Assembly (NCBI GenBank): GCA_050115495.1
Contig: JASFQK010000011.1
Span: forward strand, 1 to 64,000
Direction of reading: 5' to 3'
DNA: 64,000 nucleotides
From: Phycisphaerae bacterium
GTDB taxonomy: Bacteria; Planctomycetota; Phycisphaerae; UBA1845; Fen-1342
Shown here: positions 31,553-40,416 of the stretch, piece by piece
Layout of the letters: the number at the start of each line of letters is the position of its first letter
How positions within the stretch are numbered: position 1 is the stretch's first letter
Translations under genes and position numbers: made by a program
Notes under the pieces: model-generated
Seen by the model: the letters and a program-made list of their open reading frames with translations, nothing else
What the model was told of the DNA's origin: nothing
Databases searched by the model: none

Positions 31553-32788
31553 ATGAGGTGGCGAGCTTCTTTGCTGGTGTGGGTGGTGATCGTGCTGGTC
31601 ATTGGGCCGGCGTGGTGCGGCGCGCAGGCGCCGACGCTGACCGTCACCGGGCTGGACGGTCGCACGAGCAGCGGTGAGTTGCTGCAAGTCGTTCCGGAGA
31701 TCATCGTTCGCACGAGCGAGGGGCCGGCGTCGATTCCGTGGTCTGAAGTGCTCAATGTCGAGGTTGGCGGCGAGGGACCGCAGTCGCGGCCGGCGACGAG
31801 CGCCGCGCCGCTGTGGTTCGAATTGGCCGACGGCTCGTCGTTTCCGGGCGAGGTGTCGGCGGCGGATGAGGGCGGGTTTCTCGTTCGCTGGGGTGAGCGG
31901 ACGTGCCGGCTGGATACGTCGATGATTCGGCTGATTCGGGCGATGGTTGCACCGCCGGCGGCGGAAGCTCGGTTCCGCGAGGCATTGAGCGAGGCCCGGC
32001 AGCGGAGCGGCGACAACGGGGCCGATCGGCCGGCGGCGCTCGACGATCTCGCCGTCGTGGCTCGTGACGAGGACGTGCTCGCTCTCCGCGGCCGCGTGCA
32101 GCAGATCGAGCCGAACGCGGTACGTTTTGAGTGGAATGGGCGGGTCGTGCATTTGCCGTGGGCGCGTGTCGCCGGACTGCTGTTCGCGCGTCCGTCGCCG
32201 CGGTCGGCGTCGTGCATCGTGCGGCTGCACAGTGGCGAGGCGTTCGCCGGCCGCGTGGTCGGTGGCGGGGCGGATGGGCTGGTGTTGCGCTCCGCAATGT
32301 TCGAAGACCTGCCGCTGACGTGGGTGGCGATCGCCGGCGTCGACTGCCGTAGCGAGCGGCTGGTGTTCCTGTCCGAGTTGACACCGGCGCGGTACGAGTT
32401 CGAGCCGCTGTTCGACAAACGGTGGGAGTTCGCGGCGGACCGCACGCTCAGCGGCCGGCGGATCCGGCTCGGCGGGCAGACGTACGCCCGCGGTCTGACG
32501 CTGCACAGCGGAGCGCGGCTCACGTATCGCCTCGGCGGCCAGTTTGCCCAGTTCGCCGCTCTGGCCGGCATTGCGGATGAGATGTCGCAGCGCGGCTGCG
32601 CGACGTTGCGCGTCGTGGGCGACGGCCAGGTGTTGTGGGAAGCGACCGGCGTCCGCGGCGGGCAGCCGCCGCGCGAGGTCGTCGTTTCGGTAAGCGGCGT
32701 CGATGAACTGACGTTGATCGTCGAATACGGCGAAGAACTCGACCTGTCCGACGAGGTCGTCTGGGCGCTGGCGCGGGTGATTCGATGA
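31553..32788 (+). CDS. Exported protein with a C-terminal NPCBM/NEW2 domain
   Basis: IRLGGQTYARGLTLHS, FAALAGIAD, VVGDGQVLW and VSGVDELTLIVEYG...D...WA motifs. Confidence 0.85.
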   Translation: MRWRASLLVWVVIVLVIGPAWCGAQAPTLTVTGLDGRTSSGELLQVVPEIIVRTSEGPASIPWSEVLNVEVGGEGPQSRPATSAAPLWFELADGSSFPGEVSAADEGGFLVRWGERTCRLDTSMIRLIRAMVAPPAAEARFREALSEARQRSGDNGADRPAALDDLAVVARDEDVLALRGRVQQIEPNAVRFEWNGRVVHLPWARVAGLLFARPSPRSASCIVRLHSGEAFAGRVVGGGADGLVLRSAMFEDLPLTWVAIAGVDCRSERLVFLSELTPARYEFEPLFDKRWEFAADRTLSGRRIRLGGQTYARGLTLHSGARLTYRLGGQFAQFAALAGIADEMSQRGCATLRVVGDGQVLWEATGVRGGQPPREVVVSVSGVDELTLIVEYGEELDLSDEVVWALARVIR

Positions 32789-34359
32789 GTTGGCGGGCGT
32801 TGCTGCTAGCCGTGGCGGTGGCCGGGTGCGTCGTCAGCGCGGCGCCGGCGGACGATCTCGCCGACGCGCTCGCCCTGGTTCGCCAGCAGGAGCAGCACCG
32901 CGTCGAGGTGCTGGCCCAGGCCGCCCGTAGTGTCGTCTGCATCTACGGCGATCGCGAGCGCAGCGGTGGCGGCACCGGTGTCATCATCGACTCCGCGGGC
33001 TATGGCCTGACGAACTTCCACGTTGTGGCCGATCTGCTCGCCACACGCAGCGGCTTCGGCGGGCTGGCCGACGGCAACCTGTACCCGTTGCGGGTCATCG
33101 GCATCGACCCTGGCGGTGACCTGGCCTTCTTCAAGCTCGACGGCCGCGAACGCTTCGAGCCCGCCCCGCTGGGTGATGCGGCGACGTTGCAGCCCGGGCA
33201 GTGGGTCGCGGCCCTCGGCAATCCGTTCATGCTCGCCGAAGACGGCACGCCGACGGTGACGCTCGGCGTCGTCAGTGGGTTGCACCGCTACCAGTACGGC
33301 GAGGGGAACCTGCTCGAATACGCCGACTGCACCCAGGTTTCGACGTCGATCAACCCGGGGAACTCGGGCGGGCCGCTGTTCGACATGGCCGGCCGCGTCG
33401 TGGGGATCGTCGGGCGGGCGTCGTTCGAGGAGCGCGGGCGAGTGAACGTCGGCCTCGGCTACGCGATCACGATCAACCAGGCGAAGCGTTTCCTGCCGGC
33501 CCTGCGGGCGGGGCGGCTCTGCTATCACGGGACGCTCGGGGCCACCGTGCAGCGCGCCGGCGATGAGTTGATCTTCAACGCCGTGCAGGCTCTTTCGCCG
33601 GCCGAACGAGCGGGCGTCGAGCTCGGCGACGAGTTGCTTGCGATCAACGGCGACGCGGTGCATACGCCGAACGAGTTCAACAATGCGATTGCCGTGCTGC
33701 CGGCGGAATGGCCGGTGACGATCCTCGTTCGCCGGGGGGATCGTGAGCTGACGCTGCGAACGCGGTTACAGCGCCTGGTGTCAGCGGACCTGCCCACGTG
33801 GATTCCCGATCTGGCCCAGAACCACGTGGAGATTCGGCGGCTGCTGAGCCTGTACCGGCAGTATGACCTCGAGGCGGCGGGGCCGGAGCCGCGGCGTGTG
33901 CAGGGACGCGTGCGGCTGGGCGATGCGGAAGAGGAGGTACCGTTCATCGTCGGCGATGAAGCGGCGACGCCGCCCGGTTTACCGATGCTGGTCGAGTGGC
34001 AGGAGCTGATCGCGCCGTTGCTGCTCGGGGCCGAGTTTAATGTGGATTGGCAGGCACGCGGTGGCGACCTCGTGGACGGCCGGCTGGTCGCGGTGGTCGA
34101 ACGGCGATTGGGCGATGATCGCCGACTGCGCTGGAAGTTCGATGCGAAAACGAATGCGCTGCTGACGATGACTGTTGGCCGCGAACCGGATACGGAGTCG
34201 GTTACGTGGACACCCGGCGAGCGGTTTGCCTTCGGCGAGATGCGCTGGCCGCTGGTCTGGCAGCGACGGACGGCTGCCGGTGAGGAGACCAGGCTCGAAG
34301 TGCTCGCCATCGAAACGTTGCGCGACGCGCCGGCGACGCAGCCAGGGGGTGAGCCATGA
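32785..34359 (+). CDS. HtrA/DegP-like S1C serine protease with PDZ domain (intact triad) and C-terminal extension
   Basis: TNFHVV, GGDLA and INPGNSGGPLF motifs; PDZ SPAERAGV..GD. Confidence 0.92.
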   Translation: MSWRALLLAVAVAGCVVSAAPADDLADALALVRQQEQHRVEVLAQAARSVVCIYGDRERSGGGTGVIIDSAGYGLTNFHVVADLLATRSGFGGLADGNLYPLRVIGIDPGGDLAFFKLDGRERFEPAPLGDAATLQPGQWVAALGNPFMLAEDGTPTVTLGVVSGLHRYQYGEGNLLEYADCTQVSTSINPGNSGGPLFDMAGRVVGIVGRASFEERGRVNVGLGYAITINQAKRFLPALRAGRLCYHGTLGATVQRAGDELIFNAVQALSPAERAGVELGDELLAINGDAVHTPNEFNNAIAVLPAEWPVTILVRRGDRELTLRTRLQRLVSADLPTWIPDLAQNHVEIRRLLSLYRQYDLEAAGPEPRRVQGRVRLGDAEEEVPFIVGDEAATPPGLPMLVEWQELIAPLLLGAEFNVDWQARGGDLVDGRLVAVVERRLGDDRRLRWKFDAKTNALLTMTVGREPDTESVTWTPGERFAFGEMRWPLVWQRRTAAGEETRLEVLAIETLRDAPATQPGGEP

Positions 34360-35384
34360 TGCGACGTGCGGGCTGGTGCAGCGTGCTTCTGCTCGCGGCG
34401 ATTCTCGCAAGCTGCGGCATCGTCGGCGTTCAGGACGCGGACAACGCCTCGTGGTTCAGCGAGGCGGTCTCCGCGGCGCAGCAGCGGGTCGTCAAGCTCT
34501 ACGGGGCGGGGCTCGGACGTGAGAAGGCGTACGGCTCGGGCGTGGTCGTGTCGGCGGATGGGAAGATCGTCACGGCGCTGACCGTGCTGCTCGAAGGACG
34601 CGGCTTGCGGGCGGTTCTGCCCGATGGCCGCACGTTGGCCGCGGAAGTCGTAGCCCGCGATGAGCGGCGGCAACTCGCCCTGCTCCAAGTTGACGCCGAG
34701 CAACTGCCGTATTTTGAACCGGGGCGGAGCGACGAGCTGCGGCCGGGCGATTGGGTGATCGCCGCGGGCAATCCGTTCAAGGTCGCCGACGGCCCCGAGC
34801 CTGTCTCCGTGTCGGTCGGGCTCTTCGCCGGCCGGACGGAGCTCAGCGGTCGGCACCGGGCCCGCGACTTCCCGTACACCGGGACGGTGCTGCTGACCGA
34901 TGCGATCGTCACGGCGCCGGGTTGTGCCGGCGGAGCGCTCGTGGACGGCCAAGGGCGGCTCGTGGGCGTGATCGGCCGGGCCGTCATCAGCAAGCATACG
35001 AACACCTGGCTCAACTGCGCGTTGCCGGTCGAGGAAGTCAGCGCGTTTCTCGCCGGCGGGGAGCAGGAGCCGGTGGCAGGGAGCACGAATCGCTCGCTGA
35101 CCGACGCCGCCCGACGACTTGCCGACCTGGGCATCTGCCTGTTCGACGTCGGCGGACGCGTGCGGCCGGCGTATGTCGAACGCATCCGCCCGGACTCGCC
35201 CGCGTGGATCGGCGGCTTGCGAGCCAACGACCTGATCATGTCGCTCGACGGACAGGCGGTTGATACGTGCGACGATCTGCGGCGGCTCATCGGCGAGGCC
35301 GGCCCGCAGCAACGGCTGACGCTCGTCGTCAAACGCGGTGACGAGCTCAAACTGATCGAACTGGCAGCGGAGCCACACGACTGA
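34356..35384 (+). CDS. HtrA-like protein with PDZ domain, degenerate catalytic triad
   Basis: GSGVVVS, TALTVL, RRQLALL, GNPF and PGCAGGAL motifs; PDZ SPAWIGGL..ND. Confidence 0.85.
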   Translation: MMRRAGWCSVLLLAAILASCGIVGVQDADNASWFSEAVSAAQQRVVKLYGAGLGREKAYGSGVVVSADGKIVTALTVLLEGRGLRAVLPDGRTLAAEVVARDERRQLALLQVDAEQLPYFEPGRSDELRPGDWVIAAGNPFKVADGPEPVSVSVGLFAGRTELSGRHRARDFPYTGTVLLTDAIVTAPGCAGGALVDGQGRLVGVIGRAVISKHTNTWLNCALPVEEVSAFLAGGEQEPVAGSTNRSLTDAARRLADLGICLFDVGGRVRPAYVERIRPDSPAWIGGLRANDLIMSLDGQAVDTCDDLRRLIGEAGPQQRLTLVVKRGDELKLIELAAEPHD

Positions 35385-36535
35385 TGAGATGGTCGATGCA
35401 CAACGTGCTGTGCGGCATGCTCGCCGGCGTCGTCCTGGCCGGGTCGCCGGCGGTCGCGGACGAGGCACGCGAAGCGTCGCGAATGCCGACGGCGCTCGCG
35501 CAAGTCTTCGACGCCGCGCTGCACACGGTGTCACCGTCGATCGTCCGTGTGGACACGATCGGCGGAGCGCCGCCAGTCGCGCCGGACTCGGCCGCCGGCG
35601 AGGGCGGGCAGACGTTCCAGCAAGCGGATGGCCCAACGACCGGCCTGATCTGCTCGGCCGACGGATACATCCTGACGAGCAGCTTCAACTTCATGCGCGA
35701 CCCGTCGGTGATCACCGTGCGGCTGGATGACGGCCGGCGGTTCGTGGCGTACGTCGTGGCCCGCGACGATCCCGCCGGCCTGACGCTCATCAAGATCGCC
35801 GCCGACGATCTGCCCGTGCCGCGCTGGCTCCCGCCGAGCAAGGTGAGGCCCGGGCAATGGGCGCTGGTGGCCGGCTACGGCTACGGCAGCGCGACGCCCA
35901 CGCTCTCCGCCGGCGTGATCAGTGCCGGGCGGCGGCTTGATGACCGGGCCGTGCAGACCGACGCGCGGACCTCGCCGGCGAACTACGGCGGCCCGCTCTT
36001 CGACGTCGAAGGTCGCGTCATCGGCATCTGCGTGCCCAAGGCCGGCGGCGACGAGGACCAGATCGCCGGCGCCCAGTGGTACGACTCGGGTATCGGCTTT
36101 GCCATTCACGCGGATTACATTAACGAGCGCCTGCCGCGGCTGATGCGTGGCGAGGACCTCGAACGCGGCTATCTCGGCGTCACGTTCGATCGGGCCGATC
36201 CGGTCGTCGGCAGTGCCGATGCTGCATCACTCGGCGGCGTGCGCATCCTCGCGGCCACGCCTGGGCCGGCGATGGATGCCGGACTCGCCGTCGGCGACGT
36301 TGTCACGCACGTGAATGGCCGGGCGGTCGAGCGGTTCGTCGAATTGCGACGGGAGCTGATCCGCCTGACGCCCGGACAGACGATCGAGCTGACCTGGCGG
36401 CGTGAAGGCGTCACGCAGTCGGCGGCGGTGACGCTCATCGGCTGGCGGGATTTGCTGTTGCGTGGCGGGGCCGCGCCGGAGCCGCGGCCGGCTACAATGC
36501 CCGCACAACCGGAGTCCCCAGGAACCGCGCCTTGA
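35384..36535 (+). CDS. HtrA-like protein with PDZ domain, degenerate catalytic triad
   Basis: TTGLIC, TSSFNF, AGLTLI, QTDARTSPANYGGPLF and GIGFAI motifs; PDZ GPAMDAGL..GD. Confidence 0.85.
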   Translation: MRWSMHNVLCGMLAGVVLAGSPAVADEAREASRMPTALAQVFDAALHTVSPSIVRVDTIGGAPPVAPDSAAGEGGQTFQQADGPTTGLICSADGYILTSSFNFMRDPSVITVRLDDGRRFVAYVVARDDPAGLTLIKIAADDLPVPRWLPPSKVRPGQWALVAGYGYGSATPTLSAGVISAGRRLDDRAVQTDARTSPANYGGPLFDVEGRVIGICVPKAGGDEDQIAGAQWYDSGIGFAIHADYINERLPRLMRGEDLERGYLGVTFDRADPVVGSADAASLGGVRILAATPGPAMDAGLAVGDVVTHVNGRAVERFVELRRELIRLTPGQTIELTWRREGVTQSAAVTLIGWRDLLLRGGAAPEPRPATMPAQPESPGTAP

Positions 36536-37275
36536 ACGTTGCCCTGTTCGTTACCTGCCTGACCGACACGTTCTTCCCCCGCGCCGGTGAGGCCGTGGTC
36601 CGCGTGCTGCGCCATTTCGGCTGCACCGTGGCGTTTCCCGAAGAGCAGACCTGTTGCGGCCAGCCGGCGTACAACAGCGGCTTTCATGACGAGGCCGCCC
36701 GCCTCGCCCGCCGATGGATCAAGGTGTTCGCGCCGTACGAGACGATCATCTGTCCGTCGGCGTCGTGCACGGCGATGGTGTGCGAACACTACCCGACATT
36801 GCTGGCGAGTGATCCGGACGAGTTGTCGGCGGCGCGGGCGCTGGCGGGTAGGACGTTTGAGTTCACGGCGTTCCTGCGCGATCGGCTGCACGTGGACATC
36901 GCCGCGCACCTGTCGTTCGACGAGCCGGTGACGTTCCACTATCCGTGCCATGCGCGGGGGATCTACTCGGCCGCCGATCTGGAAAGCTGGCTTGCCGGCG
37001 TGCGTGGCATCGACTTGCGCGTGCCGGCGCATCGCGATCTGTGTTGCGGGTTCGGCGGGGCGTTCGCCGTCGAGCAGCCGGAGATCAGCGGGGCGATGCT
37101 GAGCGACAAGCTCGACGACCTGGCGGCGACGGGGGCGAAGCTCGTCGTGTCGAACGAGGGTGGGTGCACGTTGCAGATCGCCGGCGGGGCGCGGCGACGT
37201 GGATTGCCGCTACGGTTCAAGCACATCGCCGAGTGCCTGGCCGAATCGCTCGGGCTGATGGAGCGGCAGCCATGA
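36532..37275 (+). CDS. lutA: Lactate utilization protein A (CCG-domain Fe-S protein)
   Basis: VALFVTCL.D, QTCCGQPAYNSG, YPCH and CCGFGGAF motifs; TTG start overlaps the upstream stop. Confidence 0.92.
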   Translation: MNVALFVTCLTDTFFPRAGEAVVRVLRHFGCTVAFPEEQTCCGQPAYNSGFHDEAARLARRWIKVFAPYETIICPSASCTAMVCEHYPTLLASDPDELSAARALAGRTFEFTAFLRDRLHVDIAAHLSFDEPVTFHYPCHARGIYSAADLESWLAGVRGIDLRVPAHRDLCCGFGGAFAVEQPEISGAMLSDKLDDLAATGAKLVVSNEGGCTLQIAGGARRRGLPLRFKHIAECLAESLGLMERQP

Positions 37276-38672
37276 GCCGGCGGGACGAATTCCGCGAGCG
37301 CGTCCGGCGGGCGGTGGCCGATCGGCGCGTTGTCGATGCGGTGCACCTGGCCACGTGGCGGAAGGTCGAGGCTCGCGAGCAGAGCCTGGCCGCCTTGCGC
37401 GACGCGCAGGGTTTGCGCGAGCTCGCCGGTCGGATCAAACAGCACACGCTCGATCACCTGCCGCAGTACCTCGATCAGTTCGTCGGCAAGCTGGGCGAAC
37501 GCGGCGTGCCGGTGTACCTGGCGACGGACGCCGCCGCGGCCCGCGAGGTCATCTGTCGGCTCGCTCGCGAGCACGACTGCCGGCTCACCGTGAAGGTCAA
37601 GAGCATGACGACGGAGGAAGTCGGGCTCAACGACGCCCTGGCCAGCGAGGGCGTCGCCGTGCACGAGACCGATCTCGGCGAGTTCATCGTGCAGATCGAC
37701 CACGACCGGCCGAGCCACATCGTCACGCCGATCATCCACAAGGATCGCCGGCAGGTTGCCCGGGCGATGGAGCGCGAGCTGGGCTGCCCGTACACCGAGG
37801 ATCCGACCGAACTCACGAAGCTCGCGCGCGGCTATTTACGCGACATCTTCCGCCGCTGCGACCTGGGTATCAGCGGGGCGAACTTCGGCGTCGCCGAGAC
37901 GGGCACGATCTGCATCTGCACGAACGAGGGCAACGGCCGCATGACGACGACACGGCCGCGGCTGCATGTCGTGCTTATGGGTATTGAGAAGCTCGTGCCA
38001 CGGTTGGCCGACCTGGCCGTGCTGCTCAAGCTGCTGTCGCGTTCGAGCACGGGGCAGCCGCTCGGATCGTATACGACGCTCATCACCGGGCCGCGGCAGG
38101 CGGGCGACGCTGACGGGCCGGAGCATCTGCACGTCGTGCTGCTTGACAACGGCCGCAGCAGCGTGCTCGGCGGGGCGTTTCACGAAGTGCTGCGCTGTGT
38201 GCGGTGCGGTGCGTGCCTGAACGCGTGTCCGGTCTATCGGAACATCGGCGGGCATGCGTACAACAGCGTCTATCCCGGCCCGATTGGCAGCCTGGTCACG
38301 CCGCTGCTCAACGCCGCCGGCGGACACGATGCGCTGCCGCGGGCGTCGAGCCTGTGCGGGGCGTGCGCCGAGGCGTGCCCGGTGAAGATCGACATACCGG
38401 CGTACCTGATTCAGCTGCGAGCCGCGGCACGCGATCGGCAACCGTGGGCCAAGCGGGCGGCGTTCCGCGGGTGGCTGTGGGCGATGTCTTCGGAGTGGAC
38501 GTATGCCTGGGGGCAGCGGCTGATGGCGACGTTTCTGCCGGATGATGGCGAGGACTGGGCGGTGCGCGGGTTCGGACCGCTGGGCGAGTGGACGTCGAAC
38601 CGTGATCTGCGAAGGCCGCCGGGCAAGCCCTTCCGTAAGCTGTGGAATGAGGGTTTGTGCGATGAACGCTGA
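37272..38672 (+). CDS. lutB: Lactate utilization protein B (LUD domain + 4Fe-4S)
   Basis: KSMTTEE, ETDLGEFIVQ, PSHIVTPIIH, TNEGN, CVRCGACLNACP and SLCGACAEACP motifs. Confidence 0.94.
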   Translation: MSRRDEFRERVRRAVADRRVVDAVHLATWRKVEAREQSLAALRDAQGLRELAGRIKQHTLDHLPQYLDQFVGKLGERGVPVYLATDAAAAREVICRLAREHDCRLTVKVKSMTTEEVGLNDALASEGVAVHETDLGEFIVQIDHDRPSHIVTPIIHKDRRQVARAMERELGCPYTEDPTELTKLARGYLRDIFRRCDLGISGANFGVAETGTICICTNEGNGRMTTTRPRLHVVLMGIEKLVPRLADLAVLLKLLSRSSTGQPLGSYTTLITGPRQAGDADGPEHLHVVLLDNGRSSVLGGAFHEVLRCVRCGACLNACPVYRNIGGHAYNSVYPGPIGSLVTPLLNAAGGHDALPRASSLCGACAEACPVKIDIPAYLIQLRAAARDRQPWAKRAAFRGWLWAMSSEWTYAWGQRLMATFLPDDGEDWAVRGFGPLGEWTSNRDLRRPPGKPFRKLWNEGLCDER

Positions 38673-39360
38673 ACATGCCGGTCAATCCGGGCGGACGGAT
38701 GCGGCGCTGACCGCGTTCATCGCCGGTCTGCGCTGCAAGACCACGGCTGTGGCCGAGCCGGTGCCGTTGCCGGAGATCGGTCAGACGGGGCGGCAGGTGG
38801 CGGCGGATGACGATCTCGAAACACGCTTTGCGAAGGCGGCGATGGCGGCGGGGATGACCGTGCACCGCGTGTCGCCGGCGACGTGGGTCGATGAGCTGAT
38901 GCGGTTGGCGGGAGAACTGAAGGCGGGGCACGTCCTCGTGGCAGCTCAGGATGGATCGGCGTTGGCCTCGGCGCAGGCGGCAGTGGTCGGCGAGCGTCTC
39001 TCGGCCGCGGGTGTCACGGTGCATACCGACCTGAGCGACGACACGTTATTCAGCGTCGATGTGGCGGTGACGGGCGTTTCCGCCGGCATCGCCGAGACGG
39101 GCACGATCGTGGCGACGTCCGGGCCGGGATTGGCCCGTGCGTCGTCGCTGATCCCGCCGCTGCACGTGGCGGTGGTGCTCGCCGAGCAGATTGTGCCCGA
39201 TCTTCACGATTACTTCGCTCTGTTGGACGCCGGAGCGCTCCCCGCCGGCGTGCACCTGATCAGCGGGCCGAGCAAGACGGCGGACATCGAAGGCATCCTC
39301 GTCACCGGCGTCCACGGGCCCGCGCAGGTGCATATCCTCCTGGTCTCCCGCGGGGCCTAG
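38662..39360 (+). CDS. lutC: Lactate utilization protein C (LUD domain)
   Basis: IAETGT, SLIPPLH and ISGPSKTADIE...GVHGP motifs. Confidence 0.92.
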   Translation: MNAEHAGQSGRTDAALTAFIAGLRCKTTAVAEPVPLPEIGQTGRQVAADDDLETRFAKAAMAAGMTVHRVSPATWVDELMRLAGELKAGHVLVAAQDGSALASAQAAVVGERLSAAGVTVHTDLSDDTLFSVDVAVTGVSAGIAETGTIVATSGPGLARASSLIPPLHVAVVLAEQIVPDLHDYFALLDAGALPAGVHLISGPSKTADIEGILVTGVHGPAQVHILLVSRGA

Positions 39361-39523
39361 CATGGGTGGGGCGACCGTCTCGCCGGTCGTCTTCCTCGAC
39401 GAACCATCGCCGTCCGCTCCGACGCCGCGAGATCAACGCCACGTGCGCCGACACGCTGGGCTCGGATGGACGACTGCTCACTGCCCAAGCCACGCACCGC
39501 GACAGACCGCACGCACGTCAGCG

Positions 39524-40217
39524 GACTAGTCCCGTAGGGACGGCTGATTGTAGCCCAGCAGGAACTGCTGGGATCCGGAGGGGCGTCTTCCCCTCTCAGT
39601 CCCGTAGGGACGACTGAACGCTTCGCCACGCGCACCATCGTCCGGCCGTCGCGGGCGGATCATCCGAACACGTAACGCTTGTCATACGCGATCCCGTGTC
39701 GCTCGAGGAACGCGACGTATTCCTCGTCGAACCCGCGCGTGGCGTGGTGTTCGGTCTGGCGGGCGATGTAGCGCGTCGTTTCCTCGACCTGCGACACGCC
39801 GATCGTGAAGGCTGCGTAACCCTCCTGCCAGGCGAAATCGCGCATCTCCGCGAATGTATCGTGGAGCCATTTCGACGAGCCGGCCTTGAGGAGTTGCACC
39901 GCCTTCGCCACCGGCATCGTTGCCGGCAGGGCCAATAGCGCGTGCATGTGGTCGCCCGTACCGCCGACCGCGAGCGTGACAAAGTCGTTCGTGCGGGCGG
40001 CGCCGCCGACGTACGCCCACAGGCGGTCCTGGACGGCGGACGGGATGAGGTTTTTCCGGCGGCGAGTGCTCCAGACGCAGTGGAAGAGGCAATGAGAATA
40101 CGAGTGCGGCATGGCGTATCTGCTTTCAGTCGTCCCTACGGGACTGGGGCGCGGGGCCGCCCGCGGGTCCCAGCAGTTCCTGCTGGGCTACAATCAGCCG
40201 TCCCTACGGGACTAGTC
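39524..40217. mobile_element. 694-bp HUH-Y1 transposase element flanked by inverted REP-like repeats
   Basis: Perfect 50-bp IR at 39524-39573/40168-40217 and perfect 22-bp IR at 39597-39618/40125-40146, around a single tnpA. Confidence 0.9.
39660..40112 (-). CDS. tnpA: IS200/IS605 TnpA-like (RAYT-like) Y1 transposase
   Basis: FHCVWSTRRR, DHMHAL (HUH), KAGSS, FAWQEGYAAF and RYIARQTEHH (catalytic Tyr). Confidence 0.93.
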   Translation of the reverse strand: MPHSYSHCLFHCVWSTRRRKNLIPSAVQDRLWAYVGGAARTNDFVTLAVGGTGDHMHALLALPATMPVAKAVQLLKAGSSKWLHDTFAEMRDFAWQEGYAAFTIGVSQVEETTRYIARQTEHHATRGFDEEYVAFLERHGIAYDKRYVFG

Positions 40218-40416
40218 TCTCGGGGTATACGTGTGGTTGATCCTGGTACGCAGCTTCGGTTACGGCTAGGTGTTTCTGCGGGACTGCTCCGTCGGCACGC
40301 GCGGCGTTGATCCCGGCAATCCACTTGGGCGACGTTCAACCGTTCCTCACGGACCATCAGGCCTTTCTGAGACTGTTAACTGCGTACGCCAGTCCGATTC
40401 GTCCTGCGAAACCTCC

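Noticed and set aside
16146..35636. Long antisense ORFs (e.g. 16146-18404, 24003-26231, 30287-32506, 33525-35636)
   Set aside because: Shadow frames of high-GC genes; low-complexity R/A/G/P translations with no motifs.
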